From Octopus bimaculoides (taxonomy: Eukaryota), in contig NC_068982.1 in assembly GCF_001194135.2 (NCBI RefSeq), positions 188,568,516 through 188,632,515 on the forward strand: a stretch of 64,000 nucleotides of DNA. The letters run 5' to 3'. The translations under genes and the position numbers were made by a program. This document shows, piece by piece, positions 11,766 through 23,785 of the stretch (the stretch's first letter is position 1; each line of letters begins with the position of its first letter). The notes under the pieces were generated by a model. It had not been told where the DNA came from and did no database searches. It saw nothing but the letters and a program-made list of their open reading frames with translations.

Positions 11766-11894
11766 ACCTCGAAATATAATTTTCTTCACTTCGTCAATAT
11801 TAGTAACCTTGCCTTCTGCATCCAGGAAACTAGTCCACTGGTGAGCTTGAAGTGGTTCTCCTCTGCTTGTTTCAGGTGGTGGCGGTAGTTTGGT
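11766..11894 (-). CDS. TBC1D15: TBC1D15 coding exon 7 (TKLPPPPETSRGEPLQAHQWTSFLDAEGKVTNIDEVKKIIFRG)
   Basis: 129 nt, phase 0/0, donor gtaagt. Start of the TBC domain. Confidence 0.93.
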
Positions 11895-12101
11895 CTTTTA
11901 GAATAGAAACAAAAGGGGAAATATATAAACAATAACAGAGAACATGGGAAATATGTTTATAAGACAATATGACAAAAAGGCAAAACACTGTTTTAGAAGA
12001 AAATGAAGACAACAGAACTGGATTTTCTATATTTCAGAGATGAGGAATTTATTTACATAATTGACATTTGACGGATATTTGTCCTCATCTTGTTTGTTGT
12101 T

Positions 12102-12147
12102 AACACAGCGTTTCGGCTGATATACCCTCCAGCCTTCATCAGGTTTC
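12102..12147 (-). ncRNA. Hammerhead motif, degenerate copy
   Basis: Core CTGATGA and stem II intact, but GAAACGCT (U16.1 changed to C) and a stem I mismatch. Confidence 0.55.
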
Positions 12148-12412
12148 TTGGGGGAAATTTTGAACCTGGGTTCTCATTCCTAAGGTATTTTTTGATGTTA
12201 TTATTATTATTATTATTATTCAGGTCACTGCCTGGAATCGAACTCGGAATCTTGGGGTTAGTAACCTGCACTCTTAACCACTACAGGCATATGGCATAGT
12301 GGTTAAGAGCACAGGCTAACCCAAGATTCCGAGTTCAATTCCAAGCAGTGACCTGAATAATAATATCGAAAAATACCTTATGAGTGAGAAACCAGGTTCA
12401 AAATTTCCCCAA

Positions 12413-12458
12413 GACACCTGATGAAGGCTGGAGGGTATATCAGCCGAAACGTTGTGTT
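12413..12458 (+). ncRNA. Minimal type I hammerhead ribozyme motif (intact)
   Basis: GACAC-CTGATGA-A-GGCTG-gagggtatat-CAGCC-GAA-ACGT-T-GTGTT. Stem I 5 bp, stem II 5 bp, palindromic ACGT in place of stem III, predicted cleavage after GUU (12453). Confidence 0.75.
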
Positions 12459-13577
12459 AACAACAAATGAGATGAGGACAAATATCCGTCAATTGTAAAT
12501 AATGTAGAACTGTATTTTGTATAAATGTTTTAAATTGTAACAACTGTACAATCACTGTCCTAGCAGTACTTTAGCATGTTTTGTTACACATTATATAACA
12601 CATCTCAAAGCCTGTCTTTTAGGTGAAGAGAAAAGCTGTTTCATTGTTTACATAAAGTCTAAGATCCATATAGAGAACTGATGTGTAAACATCAAAAATA
12701 AATCCACAGTAATTAGGAATTCAATTAATAAATAGCAGTTAATTAAAACTTCAACACATTGTTACAGTGAAGTAAATCCAAGAGGGACAAAACATATATC
12801 CTATTTTTGAGTAAAAATAGCTTTGAAATTAATTATGTATCAAAATTACGTAATTATACATTTAGTAATGTTTATCTTAATGAAACAGCTGTTGAATACA
12901 AAGTATGAAGTACATGTAAAATTTACGCTTTCCTGCTTATATTCTTAAGTTTCATTCCTTAACAGTGTTTAATGTTGTTCTTCCTGTTGTTCTAATTATA
13001 TCATCATTAAATTAACTTCTAAGAGTAATTATATTAATTACTTTCTGCACTCTACACACTTTGTGCTGTTTGTTTGAGGTAAACTCCTGTGTTCAATCAC
13101 TCCAGGATTGAAAACGCATCAAAGAGTCTGAGATCTTTCTATTGAGCCATTGACGTCATTGGATACAGAATCCTAAAACTGCTTCCAACAGTTTGGTCAA
13201 AGTCTTACTCCCAGCAAAGAACAGACCATGGAATCGGTACCACAAATGGTTTACTTATGTTGAACATAGGATTCTAGATTCCTCTACCAAGTCTCAAGTA
13301 GGTTTTGCAATGAGAACCAACAGAAATCAGTTTACTAGCAAAGTCAGATGGTGATGTCATTTTAAACTTCCACGGTGTTTAGCACCAGGTCAACAGAGCA
13401 GACCTGTAATCAAAGACACCCCAGCCATGACCATCCCCCGTTTTTCAGGCATTATATATCCTGGATGTGAAGGTGCATGGCATAGTGGCTAGGATGTTGC
13501 AACGACAACCTAAAGACCAAGGTTTCAATCCCCAGAACAAGTAACACGTTTTGTTCTTGAGCAAAACATCAGTCAAT

Positions 13578-14587
13578 CAGAAAACTACTATTTTTAAATC
13601 TCACACCGAGAGATATTCAGCAACAGTACTATGGAGTAAAGACTGTTTGCTGGCATAACATGGCAGTCCTGGTTTAGGACGAATGCTGCAGTAATTTAGC
13701 GCCAGGAGACATCATCTCCAGCTGGCTATACGACACAATCTGTGTCCTTATATTTTCAAACAAGGGAATCTAGCACCCCAACTCAGCTCAAAATAATATC
13801 TGTGTATCACGATTTCCGGGTTATTTCCTTTTATTAGCAAAGAATAATTGTTCAGCTGATGANNNNNNNNNNNNNNNNNNNNNNNNNNNNNNNNNNNNNN
13901 NNNNNNNNNNNNNNNNNNNNNNNNNNNNNNNNNNNNNNNNNNNNNNNNNNNNNNNNNNNNNNNNNNNNNNNNNNNNNNNNNNNNNNNNNNNNNNNNNNNN
14001 NNNNNNNNNNNNNNNNNNNNNNNNNNNNNNNNNNNNNNNNNNNNNNNNNNNNNNNNNNNNNNNNNNNNNNNNNNNNNNNNNNNNNNNNNNNNNNNNNNNN
14101 NNNNNNNNNNNNNNNNNNNNNNTCTCACACCGAGAGATATTCAGCAACAGTACTATGGAGTAAAGACTGTTTGCCGGCATAACATGGCAGTCCTGGTTTA
14201 GGACGAATGCTGCAGTAATTTAGCGCCAGGAGACATCATCTCCAGCTGGCTATACGACACAATCTGTGTCCTTATATTTTCAAACAAGGGAATCTAGCAC
14301 CCCAACTCAGCTCAAAATAATATCTGTGTATCACGATTTCCGGGTTATTTCCTTTTATTAGCAAAGAATAATTGTTCAGCTGATGAAGGGAAATAACCCG
14401 GAAATTGTGATACACAGATATTGTTTTGAGCTGAGTGGTGGGTGCTAGATTCCCTTGTTCGAAAATATAAGGACACAGATCGTGTCATATGCCCGGCTGG
14501 AGACGATGTCTCCTGGGGCTAAATTACAGCAACATTCATCCTAAACCAGGGCTGCCATGTTATGTTGGCAAACAATCTTTACTCCAT
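13578..14587. mobile_element. Family B palindromic element spanning an assembly gap
   Basis: 10-bp TSD atcagtcaat (13568-13577, 14588-14597). About 486 bp if the duplicated 264 bp on either side of the gap is collapsed. Confidence 0.8.
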
Positions 14588-16395
14588 ATCAGTCAATGAT
14601 GCTCTGCAATTACTTCAACATCTGATGAGGGGGCACACCATGCATCTGTACAGGTAACACCAATTTGATGGAGGGAGTGAAATGATGTACAGCGCATATG
14701 TTTGATCACTATAAACAAACCATCTGAGCAGGTTTTTCAGCAAGAAACTGCAAAACCCACATCCGTCACAAGAGAGTCCACAAAGTATATTCTGGATGGT
14801 AATGTTCAATGCATCCATTTTGTTAAAAGATGGTTGGTGTCAGGAAACTGTGGAGACCATGCCAAAATAGATNNNNNNNNNNACAACAACAAATTTTGAA
14901 ATATTTTGTCAAAAATCTTTGAAAAATAAAACAAAAACAAATTACATTGAAATAAAAATATAAAAGCAGTAATGAGAAAAATATAAGAAAAAAGCAGTTA
15001 AAAGAAAACCATGCTAGCATAAACTACTAGTTACACCAAACAGGGGGTAGTTTGGGGGTTTATTATACAGGAGGGTGGTATATAAATGCAAAACGTGAGC
15101 AAAGTTAAAATAAAGCATGCCAAAAAAAAAAACATTGGAAAACACTTGGAGAGAGTTAGTTTAAGAGTTATATGTGTGTGTGTGTGTCATATATATGTGT
15201 GTATATATACACACACACACTGGTCCCAAGAATTTGGAATAATAATGTCGTAAAAAAAGATTAAGTAAAATGGCCGTGGAGAAAACCAGGTCTCTCACAC
15301 AGGATTTTAATTTTTGATGTTACTTGCAAAATGCTAGAAAATTCAAAGCACTAAAATATATAAGTGTGCATGTGTGTATATATATAAGTGTGTGTGTATA
15401 TATTTATGATAGGCATTTATCATCTTTAATTTATATTTGGTTGATTGCTTTGTATATTGAGAGTAGATTCTGCAAAAGTATATTTTTCTTAGAATTCCAA
15501 ATTTGAGATATTGTATATATATGTATATATACACACACACACACAAGTCTATGTATGCACGTGTGTTTATATGTACTGTATTTACTCGTACATGATGCCA
15601 GAAATTTAAAATAAAACACCAAAAATACCAGGGTTAACATCGGTGGCTATTATTATACTACAGATAAATTTTTAAGATACAAAAAGGGACCACATTATGT
15701 TTGAAATTGCACTGCACTTGAGTAAACACAGAATACATCACTATACACACACACACACACACACATACACAAAAGTATATTCCTTTTCCAAGCCAGACTG
15801 TTTACTAGTTATAGCTAAAGCTTCTACCAGTTTCCATAATAAAAAATACTGAATTATATACCGACAGAATAAGGTACAGATGTATAAATGTTAGCCCATT
15901 GTAGGCTTCATTGTTCTAAGATATTAAATGCTGGAGTGTTGGATTCAAGTGCCAGTCAGCAAAACCTTGAATCTACGAGCACCAACATCTACCGAGATTA
16001 TGACAACAAACCACCAGTGTACAAAAATAGATATATAGGTTCTAATTGCAGCAGGATAACATTTTAAAGCCAATCTAAGCAACACTTTTAACATTTCACA
16101 CAAAAATAGATGACAAGATATACTAATTCCAATGCCTTTTGACTCCACCAGACCATTTCCAAAGACCTGAATAGAACTTCGAGACTTCATACAAGAGCTT
16201 CATCAATAAATGAAGTGGTTGGCATTAGGAAGGGCATCAAGCTGTAGAAACCATGCCAAAACAGACAGTTGGTGTTTGGTGCAGCTCTCTGGTTTGCCAC
16301 CTTGTCAAACCACCCAACCCATGCCAGCATGGAAAACGGATGTTTGATGATGATGATAATTCAGATAAAAATCCTAAATGGCCAACCTAACTATC

Positions 16396-16399
<4 letters not shown>

Positions 16400-16452
<53 letters not shown>
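16400..16452. repeat. Microsatellites: (TG)n/(TA)n here, and many (CA)n, (TA)n, (GA)n, (ATT)n, (CAT)n tracts across the window
   Basis: Directly visible, e.g. ~3405-3425, 17275-17300, 23120-23195, 40618-40647, 41780-41807. Confidence 0.95.
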
Positions 16453-16455
<3 letters not shown>

Positions 16456-17270
16456 AAATTAGTGTACATTTAAACACAAAAGAGGCGACCCTTAACAGGC
16501 AGCCTTACTTGCTAGAAGGAGCAGTCAAAACATCCAAAACCACATTTAAGAGCAATTTTGAAAGGAATGAAAAATAAAAACTTTTACCTTGTTTTGTACA
16601 GCCATAGCTAGGTTTCAAATTCTAATTAGCAAATAAAATAATTTGCTACGCGAAGTTCTCATCAGTGGCTATGCCAAAACACTAACATATAATTTAGAGA
16701 CAGAATAACACGTCTCCTCATTATATATCATAATTTTACTACATGTGTTTGTTTTCTTCTAATACTTTCGAATGCTTTGGAATAAATAGACACACTGGAA
16801 TGTCTACCGGCTGATGTATGTCGTTTTGTATCTTCTCCATTTTCTTATTTGCCATAGAAATTAAGGGTAAACCACTTTTTACCCCCGCCCATATTGCGAG
16901 ATTGCCACATAATAACCAGCATTTGGGTATGAATAATTGGGAACACTACCAGCAATATATTGGATAGGCATTATCCCTTGGTTGGTTTCCCAACCTCTAA
17001 CACTCACAGAAATACATATATATATTCACACACACACACACACACACACATGCATACCAGTAAAATGTTATAAGTCTTATAAAATCTCACATTGCCAAAT
17101 CCAAAATGGAAACGTTTTAACACCATTTTCTATGTTGAGTATTTGAAAATAGCAAATTCAAAAAGCATTAAACCTAAGGTTATGCACTAAAGTCCACAAA
17201 TAAGAAATAAGGGTTATAGTTTTGTTGATAAAAGTGCAGTGACTGTGGGGGATAGAAATAGTGTACCAGT

Positions 17271-17307
<37 letters not shown>

Positions 17308-17453
17308 AGTCTACTGAAATGAAGAGCTACTGTTCCAGAGAAGGAACTGGTGGTTAGCAGTGGAGTTATTCAAACCAAATAATAAAGCTTTCCTAGATGT
17401 TTTACGTTTATTTTTTAGATTTTATTTTTGTTAATTTTTTTTTTTTTTTTTAC

Positions 17454-17513
17454 CCTTTTGAACTTGGTTTGATTGTTCTGTCTAAACCTGACTGAGTGTA
17501 CTTTGTCTGGTTT
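17454..17513 (-). CDS. Candidate 60-nt in-frame cassette exon of TBC1D15 (KPDKVHSVRFRQNNQTKFKR)
   Basis: Very strong polypyrimidine acceptor (ttttcttttccccaactttctttctttcag), donor AGG|gtaaaa. Phase 0/0, no stop. Confidence 0.55.
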
Positions 17514-17592
17514 CTGAAAGAAAGAAAGTTGGGGAAAAGAAAAAAAAAACAAAAACAAAAAAATACCGGTAGCTTGAATTTATCATTTAAAA

Positions 17593-17889
17593 CAGTGGTT
17601 CTCAACCAGGGTCCACGTAACCCTTGGGGATCCTTATACGATTTGGTTGTTAAAATATGTGCAATAATACTTCTACAACAGACAAAATATTTTAACAAAT
17701 TCTTGACAAAATTCTACAAAAGGCACAAGGCCTGAAATTTTGGGGGAGGGTGCCAGTCGATTAGATCGAACCCAGTACACAACTGGTACTTAATTTATCG
17801 ACCCTGAAAGGATGAAAGGTAAAGTCGACCTCTGTGGAATTTGAATCACAGGGATCCAGAGGCAAAAAAAAATTGGTTGAGAAACACTG
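17593..17889. mobile_element. hAT-type MITE with a nested SINE fragment
   Basis: TIR CAGTGGTTCTCAACC / GGTTGAGAAACACTG, TSD atttaaaa/atttaaat. SINE piece at ~17720-17850. Confidence 0.72.
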
Positions 17890-18847
17890 ATTTAAATAAA
17901 AGTAAAAATAAAAATACAACAAAAAATATGAAAACTTGGAATTGTTGTTTCTCTCTCTGATTTCTGAAGAAGTCTGGGAGAAAAGAGGGGAGGGGGGAAA
18001 TGGGTCCAGAACCTCAGCTATTGCGATGGTGGGGAAACAGGTAGATGAAAGAAATAGGACTGGAAGATGAATTTTAATAAAGGGAGGATCAAATGATGCA
18101 AGCATGCACAGGCAAATATGGGAAGAAAATTAGGGGCTCTAAAAGAGGAGAATGTGAGAGAGAGGCAACATGCATGAATAAAACAAGGATAAAAATAAAA
18201 AAACAAAAAAACATATCTAGGTTTGATGGTTAAATCATGAAAGTGTGTATAAATGTGTATGAGATAGGATATATATTACAAGTTTAACAATATACAGGAG
18301 GTCTGAGAGAGAGAGAGGGGGGGATGTGACAAAGGAAGGGCATGAGAAAGACAGAGATGGTAAAAAGAGAGAAAGGGCCTTATGACAGAGAATATGTGAC
18401 AAAATCATGTGAGTGGATGTGGTAGACAAAACTGTGTGTCTGTGTGTATACCTCAGTCTTGACATTCAGGTGATACTTGTAGATGAATATCATCATACAG
18501 GTGAGGTTATTTATTTCCAGTCTTGTGTGAAAAACATGTCCAGCCATGGGGAAATATTACCTTGCTTGGAAACAGGAAGGGCATTCAGGTTTAGAAGACC
18601 AAGACCTATCTCAACAAATTCTGTCTGACCCATGCAAGCATGGAAAAGTGGACGTTAACAGGATAATGATGAAAGGACAAGGTGAGAGAGAGGGAGATGA
18701 TAAAGTAAGGCCATATGATAGACAAAGACTGAAGGGGTGGAGGGTGCTTGGCATTAAGAGAAAAGAAAGACAGGCAGACCTTCCTGAATATCAATCATGT
18801 TGTATATACAATCAACAAGTCATATATTTTATGATGTAATTGTTTAA

Positions 18848-19072
18848 CCCTTTTGTGCCGAAATTTTTCTTGTGAATAAAATTGCCTGAAAAATTCACAG
18901 ATATTATTCTGACCAAAGTAACAGCTGAAAAAATTTCATTGAAATCCATTTCATTCAGAACTTGTTTCATTCTTTGATACAGATCATACACAAATAACAA
19001 TTTGTGTCAAGTATTTGTCTTATACCCTTAAAAATTAAGGGTCAGTTTAAACGGACGATCAGCACGAAGGGG
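18848..19072. mobile_element. piggyBac-type MITE
   Basis: TTAA|CCCTTTTGTGCC ... AGCACGAAGGGG|TTAA. Confidence 0.65.
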
Positions 19073-21216
19073 TTAAGAGATTTGTCGAGAGTATATTACA
19101 GTAGAGTGTATGTTTTTTTGTATTTGGAGGAGGTGTGTGTATTTAGTAATACATGCTACATACACATGTACATACATGCAGACATCCAACTTTTGCCGTG
19201 CACACAATATAAACAATATACAGAATGTAAAATATAAAACAAATTTGATATCAAAAAAGGAAAAATGCAACAGAAAAACATTTATATAAAACCTGACATT
19301 TACAAATGGATATGGTAGGTCATGGTTGGGTTAAAGCTAGATTTTTTTTTTAATCATCAACCTTAGTCTTTGTCAAATGATATGCAAATACAAAGTCTTG
19401 GACATTTGGTTTGCACAAGGAAAAAACCCGAAGGGCCTCGATGTATCAGTTTATCATATTTCTCATTGTAACTCAAAACACTTTTGTCATTGAGCAGTAT
19501 ATTCTAGAGGAACTTCTTGGATTACCTAATACCTTTAAGATCATATTGCTAATGAAATGGACTACCGATGAGTTCTAGGTTCTAATTCCACTACATGACA
19601 CACTGACCATTTGTCTTCTATTCTAACCCCCCCCCTCCAGTCTACCAATACTTTGTGAAGGAGTCGAGAAGGCAGAAACTAAAAGAATCCTGTTATATGA
19701 ATATTTTCAGGAATGTTTATAAAACCATTTCAAGTTCCTTGACTCAACAGGTGAAATTTGGTCAACAAAATTATCCATTAGCTTTCATCATCATCAATGT
19801 CCATTTTCCATGCTGGTATGGGTTTGACAGGAGCTGGTAATATTAGGGATCACACCAGGCTCCATTGTTTGCTCTGACATGGTTTCTATGAATGGATGCC
19901 CTTTCTAATGCCAACCACTAGGCACTTTTTACATAGCACCATTACCAGTACATTTTACATGGCACCAGCACAGTTGCCTCCTATCTTGCACTAACATCAG
20001 TGCTTTTTACAAGGCACCAGCACCGACCAAGTAACTTGCAAGACAAAAACCCCTCCTAGCTTCGTGCTTTTGAATTCTCTGCAATAAGAATCTCTTTCTG
20101 GAAAAACAGGTAAGAGTTGGCTACAGGAGTTAGATTTGGCCATAAAAAACCCACTTCAAAATCTGCTTCTGCCCAAACCATACTCTCATGAAAACCAAAT
20201 GAACAAACAATATCATTCGTTTCATATATTCCTTGTTTTCCCACGCTGGCTTAGCTTGCAGGTGCAGGATTTTTAGGGCTGTATATTCTGTCTCCAACTT
20301 GTATCTATTTTTCAAGTACAGGATTTGTTTTTCTGTTCTTGAGGAATTTGAGAGAGTTGCTGAGTTAGAGGATTCTGCTGACAGGGAATGTCAGCAAACA
20401 TCACCAGTTGCAACCCAGCTACAAAGGGTGACGTCACTGTTTGGAGCTGAGCTGCAACTACAGGTAGTTAACATTAACACACAATAGGCTTCTTTCAGTT
20501 TCCATCTCCCAAACTCATCAACCTGGGATTATAAAAGACACTTTCCAAAGGTGTTGTAAAGTGATACAGAACCTAAAGCCATGTGGTTAAGAAGCAAACT
20601 TCTCAATCTCAGCCGTTTTGCTCCTTCCCTTCCTTGGGGGGGGGGGGGAGATAATGGTCTGTTTTTATTCCAAAAGAAATCTATTCATGCCATACCCTAC
20701 TTATCTCAAACACATTCTCTTCTGAGTAGAACTTTATTATACACACTGCTGGTTGGTTGGTTGGTGTTAGGAAGGGCATCCAGTTGTAAAAACCATGCCA
20801 CACCAGACAGGCTTCAGCCTGGTCAGCTCCTGTCAAACCGTCCAACCCATGCCAGCATGTAAGGCAGACGTTAAACAATGATGATGNNNNNNNNNNNNNN
20901 NNNNNNNNNNNNNNNNNNNNNNNNNNNNNNNNNNNNNNNNNNNNNNNNNNNNNNNNNNNNNNNNNNNNNNNNNNNNNNNNNNNNNNNNNNNNNNNNNNNN
21001 NNNNNNNNNNNNNNNNNNNNNNNNNNNNNNNNNNNNNNNNNNNNNNNNNNNNNNNNNNNNNNNNNNNNNNNNNNNNNNNNNNNNNNNNNNNNNNNNNNNN
21101 NNNNNNNNNNNNNNNNNNNNNNNNNNNNNNNNNNNNNNNNATATATATATATATAAATAATTTACGATGAAAGTAAACAAAGTTTGTTTTTAGAAGCGTT
21201 GAGATGTATCGAAAGA

Positions 21217-21515
21217 TACAGAAATAAATTTTTTTATTCTCAAACGTGTGATAATGGTATAAATAGCGTGATCAGGATAAATTATCCATAGCGTCTTATA
21301 AAGCTAAATTTATAAGTTCTAAAACAGCAGAAGAATTCATTACTGGGCAGTTTAGCTTAATGGTAAAGCACTTGACGCGTAATCACAGGGATGTGAGTTT
21401 GAGTCTCATGGCTGGCCGGTGACGTATTTTTCTGCAATGTATGGATAATTTATCCTGTTCATGCTATTTATTAGCATTATCATGCGTTTGATAATAAAAG
21501 ACATTTATTTCTGTA
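21217..21515. repeat. Palindromic element with ~75-bp inverted arms around a tRNA-like core
   Basis: 21217-21290 is the imperfect reverse complement of 21440-21515. Confidence 0.75.
21345..21418 (+). pseudogene. tRNA-Thr(CGT)-like pseudogene / SINE head
   Basis: D arm GCT-TAATGGTAA-AGC, anticodon loop CGCGTAA, T arm GTGAG-TTTGAGT-CTCAT. Acceptor stem and B box are damaged. Confidence 0.55.
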
Positions 21516-22519
21516 TATATGAATAAATTTTAAAAATACTAATTTAATCAACAATCAACATGGACAAAATGAAGAACCATGCATGAAGAACACAACACAA
21601 CTAGAGGGGTGGGGGAATGAATCTTTCAGGATCGGTGCCACCAAATTTTCAGACATCATTAAAAATGCAAGCATCTACAGACATGACTTTGTAATCAAAC
21701 TACAGTTACCGTTCTTGTGGAAAAGAAGGGAATTAAATAAAGAAAAGATACATTGTTCACTATTTCAAAAGAAAACAAGTAACACTCTATCGATTCATAA
21801 AAGAAAACAAGGGGTCCTTTTTCTCTCGTGCATTCATGTGATTTCCATAAAACATTTGAAATGGAACAAGTTTGAAATTATTTTCACATGTCTGCCTGTC
21901 TCTATTGTGGCTGGAATTGTGCACATTTCACCATTTCCTTTTCACTCCCCCCCCCCCAGTCTTAGGTGAACATTTTCTGGTTATAGAGGTTTCTATGTAA
22001 GCCAAGAAGTTAAAAGATATATTTATACAACAACAAAAGAAACAGACACCAACAAGAGAATATACACTGGACTTTGTATTATAACACAAACAAACTACTT
22101 AAAATCTTTTAACATGACCTCTGATACTTGGATGATGTGTTTCAAATGCCAAACTTTGGGGAGAAGAATAACATGCCATCATCATCATCGTCATTCAACA
22201 TCCGCTTTCCATGCTGGCATGGGTTGGACAGTTTGACTGGCAAGCCAGAAGGCTGCACCAGGCTCCAATCTGATCTGGCAATGTTTCTACAGCTGGATGC
22301 CCTTCCTAATGCCAACCACTCCGAGAGTGTAGTCGGTGCTTTTTACGCGCTCCTTGCATGAGGGCCAGTCTGGCAGCACTGGAATCAACCATGCTTGAAT
22401 GGTGCTTTTTACGTGCCACCAGCATGGGAGCCAGTCCGGTGGCACTGGCACTGGCACTCCTAACTTATAAACTTTGAAGTCATATCTGTTGCAGGCATTT
22501 TGGCATGAATCTTAGCAGT

Positions 22520-22655
22520 AAGCTTTTACCCCTAGTATGAGAAATAGGTACCAGATTGTCTGAAAGAGAAAGTGGCCTGTGAGACTAGCACCCTATCCAG
22601 GGGCAGTAGTCATCTCATTCCATCACCATGGAAACTGGGTTTAAGCCCTGGCTGG
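22520..22655 (+). mobile_element. Ancient V-domain-like SINE relic
   Basis: gagactagcaccctatccaggggcagtag...catggaaactggg resembles my recollection of the V-SINE domain (gactagcatcccatccagggg...gaaaccggg). Confidence 0.4.
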
Positions 22656-23153
22656 AAGGAACTTTAAGAATGGTGAATAATATTAAGGGATTTATGGCTA
22701 CGTGGTTAAGCGGTTTGCTTTGAAAAAATGTGGTTCCAGGGTCAAACCCTATGTGCAGAATCTTGGGCTAGCGTCTTCTACTTTGCATAGCCTTGGATTA
22801 ACCAATAGCTTGTACATGGAATTTGGTGGACAGAAACTGTGCAAAGCCTTGTGTGCATGTGTGTGTGCGTGCATGACTGTGTGTGTGTGTGTGTGTGTGT
22901 GAGTGTGTGTGCATGCGTGCCTTTCACTGATATATTCTTTTACTTTGTTTCAGTCATCTGACTGCAGCCATGCTAAAGCAAATTGACCCCAGGACTTATT
23001 CTTTGTAAGCCTAGTACTTATTCTATTGGTCTCTTTTGCCAAACCACTAAGTTATGGGGATGTAAACGCACTAGCATTGGTTGTCAAATGATGTTGGGAG
23101 GACAAACACAGACACACAAACATACACACACACACACATATATATATATATAC

Positions 23154-23196
<43 letters not shown>

Positions 23197-23626
23197 CGAC
23201 ATGCCTCTTTCACTTTCTGTCTACCAAAACCACTCACAAGGCTTTGGTTGGCCCAAGGTGCCACACAGTGGGACTGAAACCGGAACCATGTGGTTGGTAA
23301 GCAAGCTACTTACCACACAGCCACTCTTGCGAGTATCAGTGAAAGAATAAAAACGTCAAGAAGAAAACTGAGAAACTTGTGCTCTAAGAACAAAGTCCCT
23401 TGAGATATTTGTTCCACACCAAATTATAGACACTCTCGTTATTGTTGCTCTGTCAGAAAAGCAGTGAACAAGTGACTGACTTGCTGAAACTTTATAACCA
23501 ACAACACTATCATTCACAAACTACAAGAGGAAACCCCATCCGATTTCATCCTTCCTCTCCTTTTCTTCCTCCGACACTAACCATTTGAACTAAAATAAAA
23601 CTAGCAATTCTTAAAACACTACTTAC

Positions 23627-23656
23627 CAACTTACTCGATATAAATCGTTTCGGATA
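23627..23656 (-). CDS. Candidate 30-nt in-frame microexon of TBC1D15 (YPKRFISSKL)
   Basis: aatttttttag|TATCCGAAACGATTTATATCGAGTAAGTTG|gtaagt. Phase 0/0, no stop. Confidence 0.5.
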
Positions 23657-23785
23657 CTAAAAAAATTAAGAATTGAATAAAAGGTCGTCTTAAACAGTTC
23701 TTTTAATGAGAAGAAAGGAAAGAAAAAAAAAGATACATCAAAAATCTCATAATAACCTAAGGTTAAAAAAAGACAAACAATATAC

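Larger units (their letters stand above)
12027..12505. mobile_element. Family A palindromic tRNA-SINE, head-to-head dimer
   Basis: Two inverted arms, each with A box (TGGCRTAGTGG), B box (GAGTTCRATTCC), (AAT)n linker and hammerhead tail. 13-bp TSD agaactg(g/t)atttt at 12014-12026 and 12506-12518. Confidence 0.88.

Noticed and set aside
12290-12360. SINE heads as functional tRNA genes
   Set aside because: They keep A/B boxes but lack a complete acceptor stem and run directly into SINE bodies. No intact tRNA gene was found.
13599-14386. 264-bp direct duplication (13599-13862 and 14123-14386)
   Set aside because: Near-identical copies abut both sides of an N gap inside a hairpin element. Most likely an unmerged contig or allele overlap rather than a true tandem, although family B does form tandems.
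16588-16621. Small exon-like piece with donor AAG|gtaaaa in intron 6
   Set aside because: The available acceptors give 20 or 34 nt, both frameshifting.
20056-20487. Coding-looking stretch with short ORFs on both strands
   Set aside because: No recognisable protein motif or consistent splice pair; possibly a decayed element.
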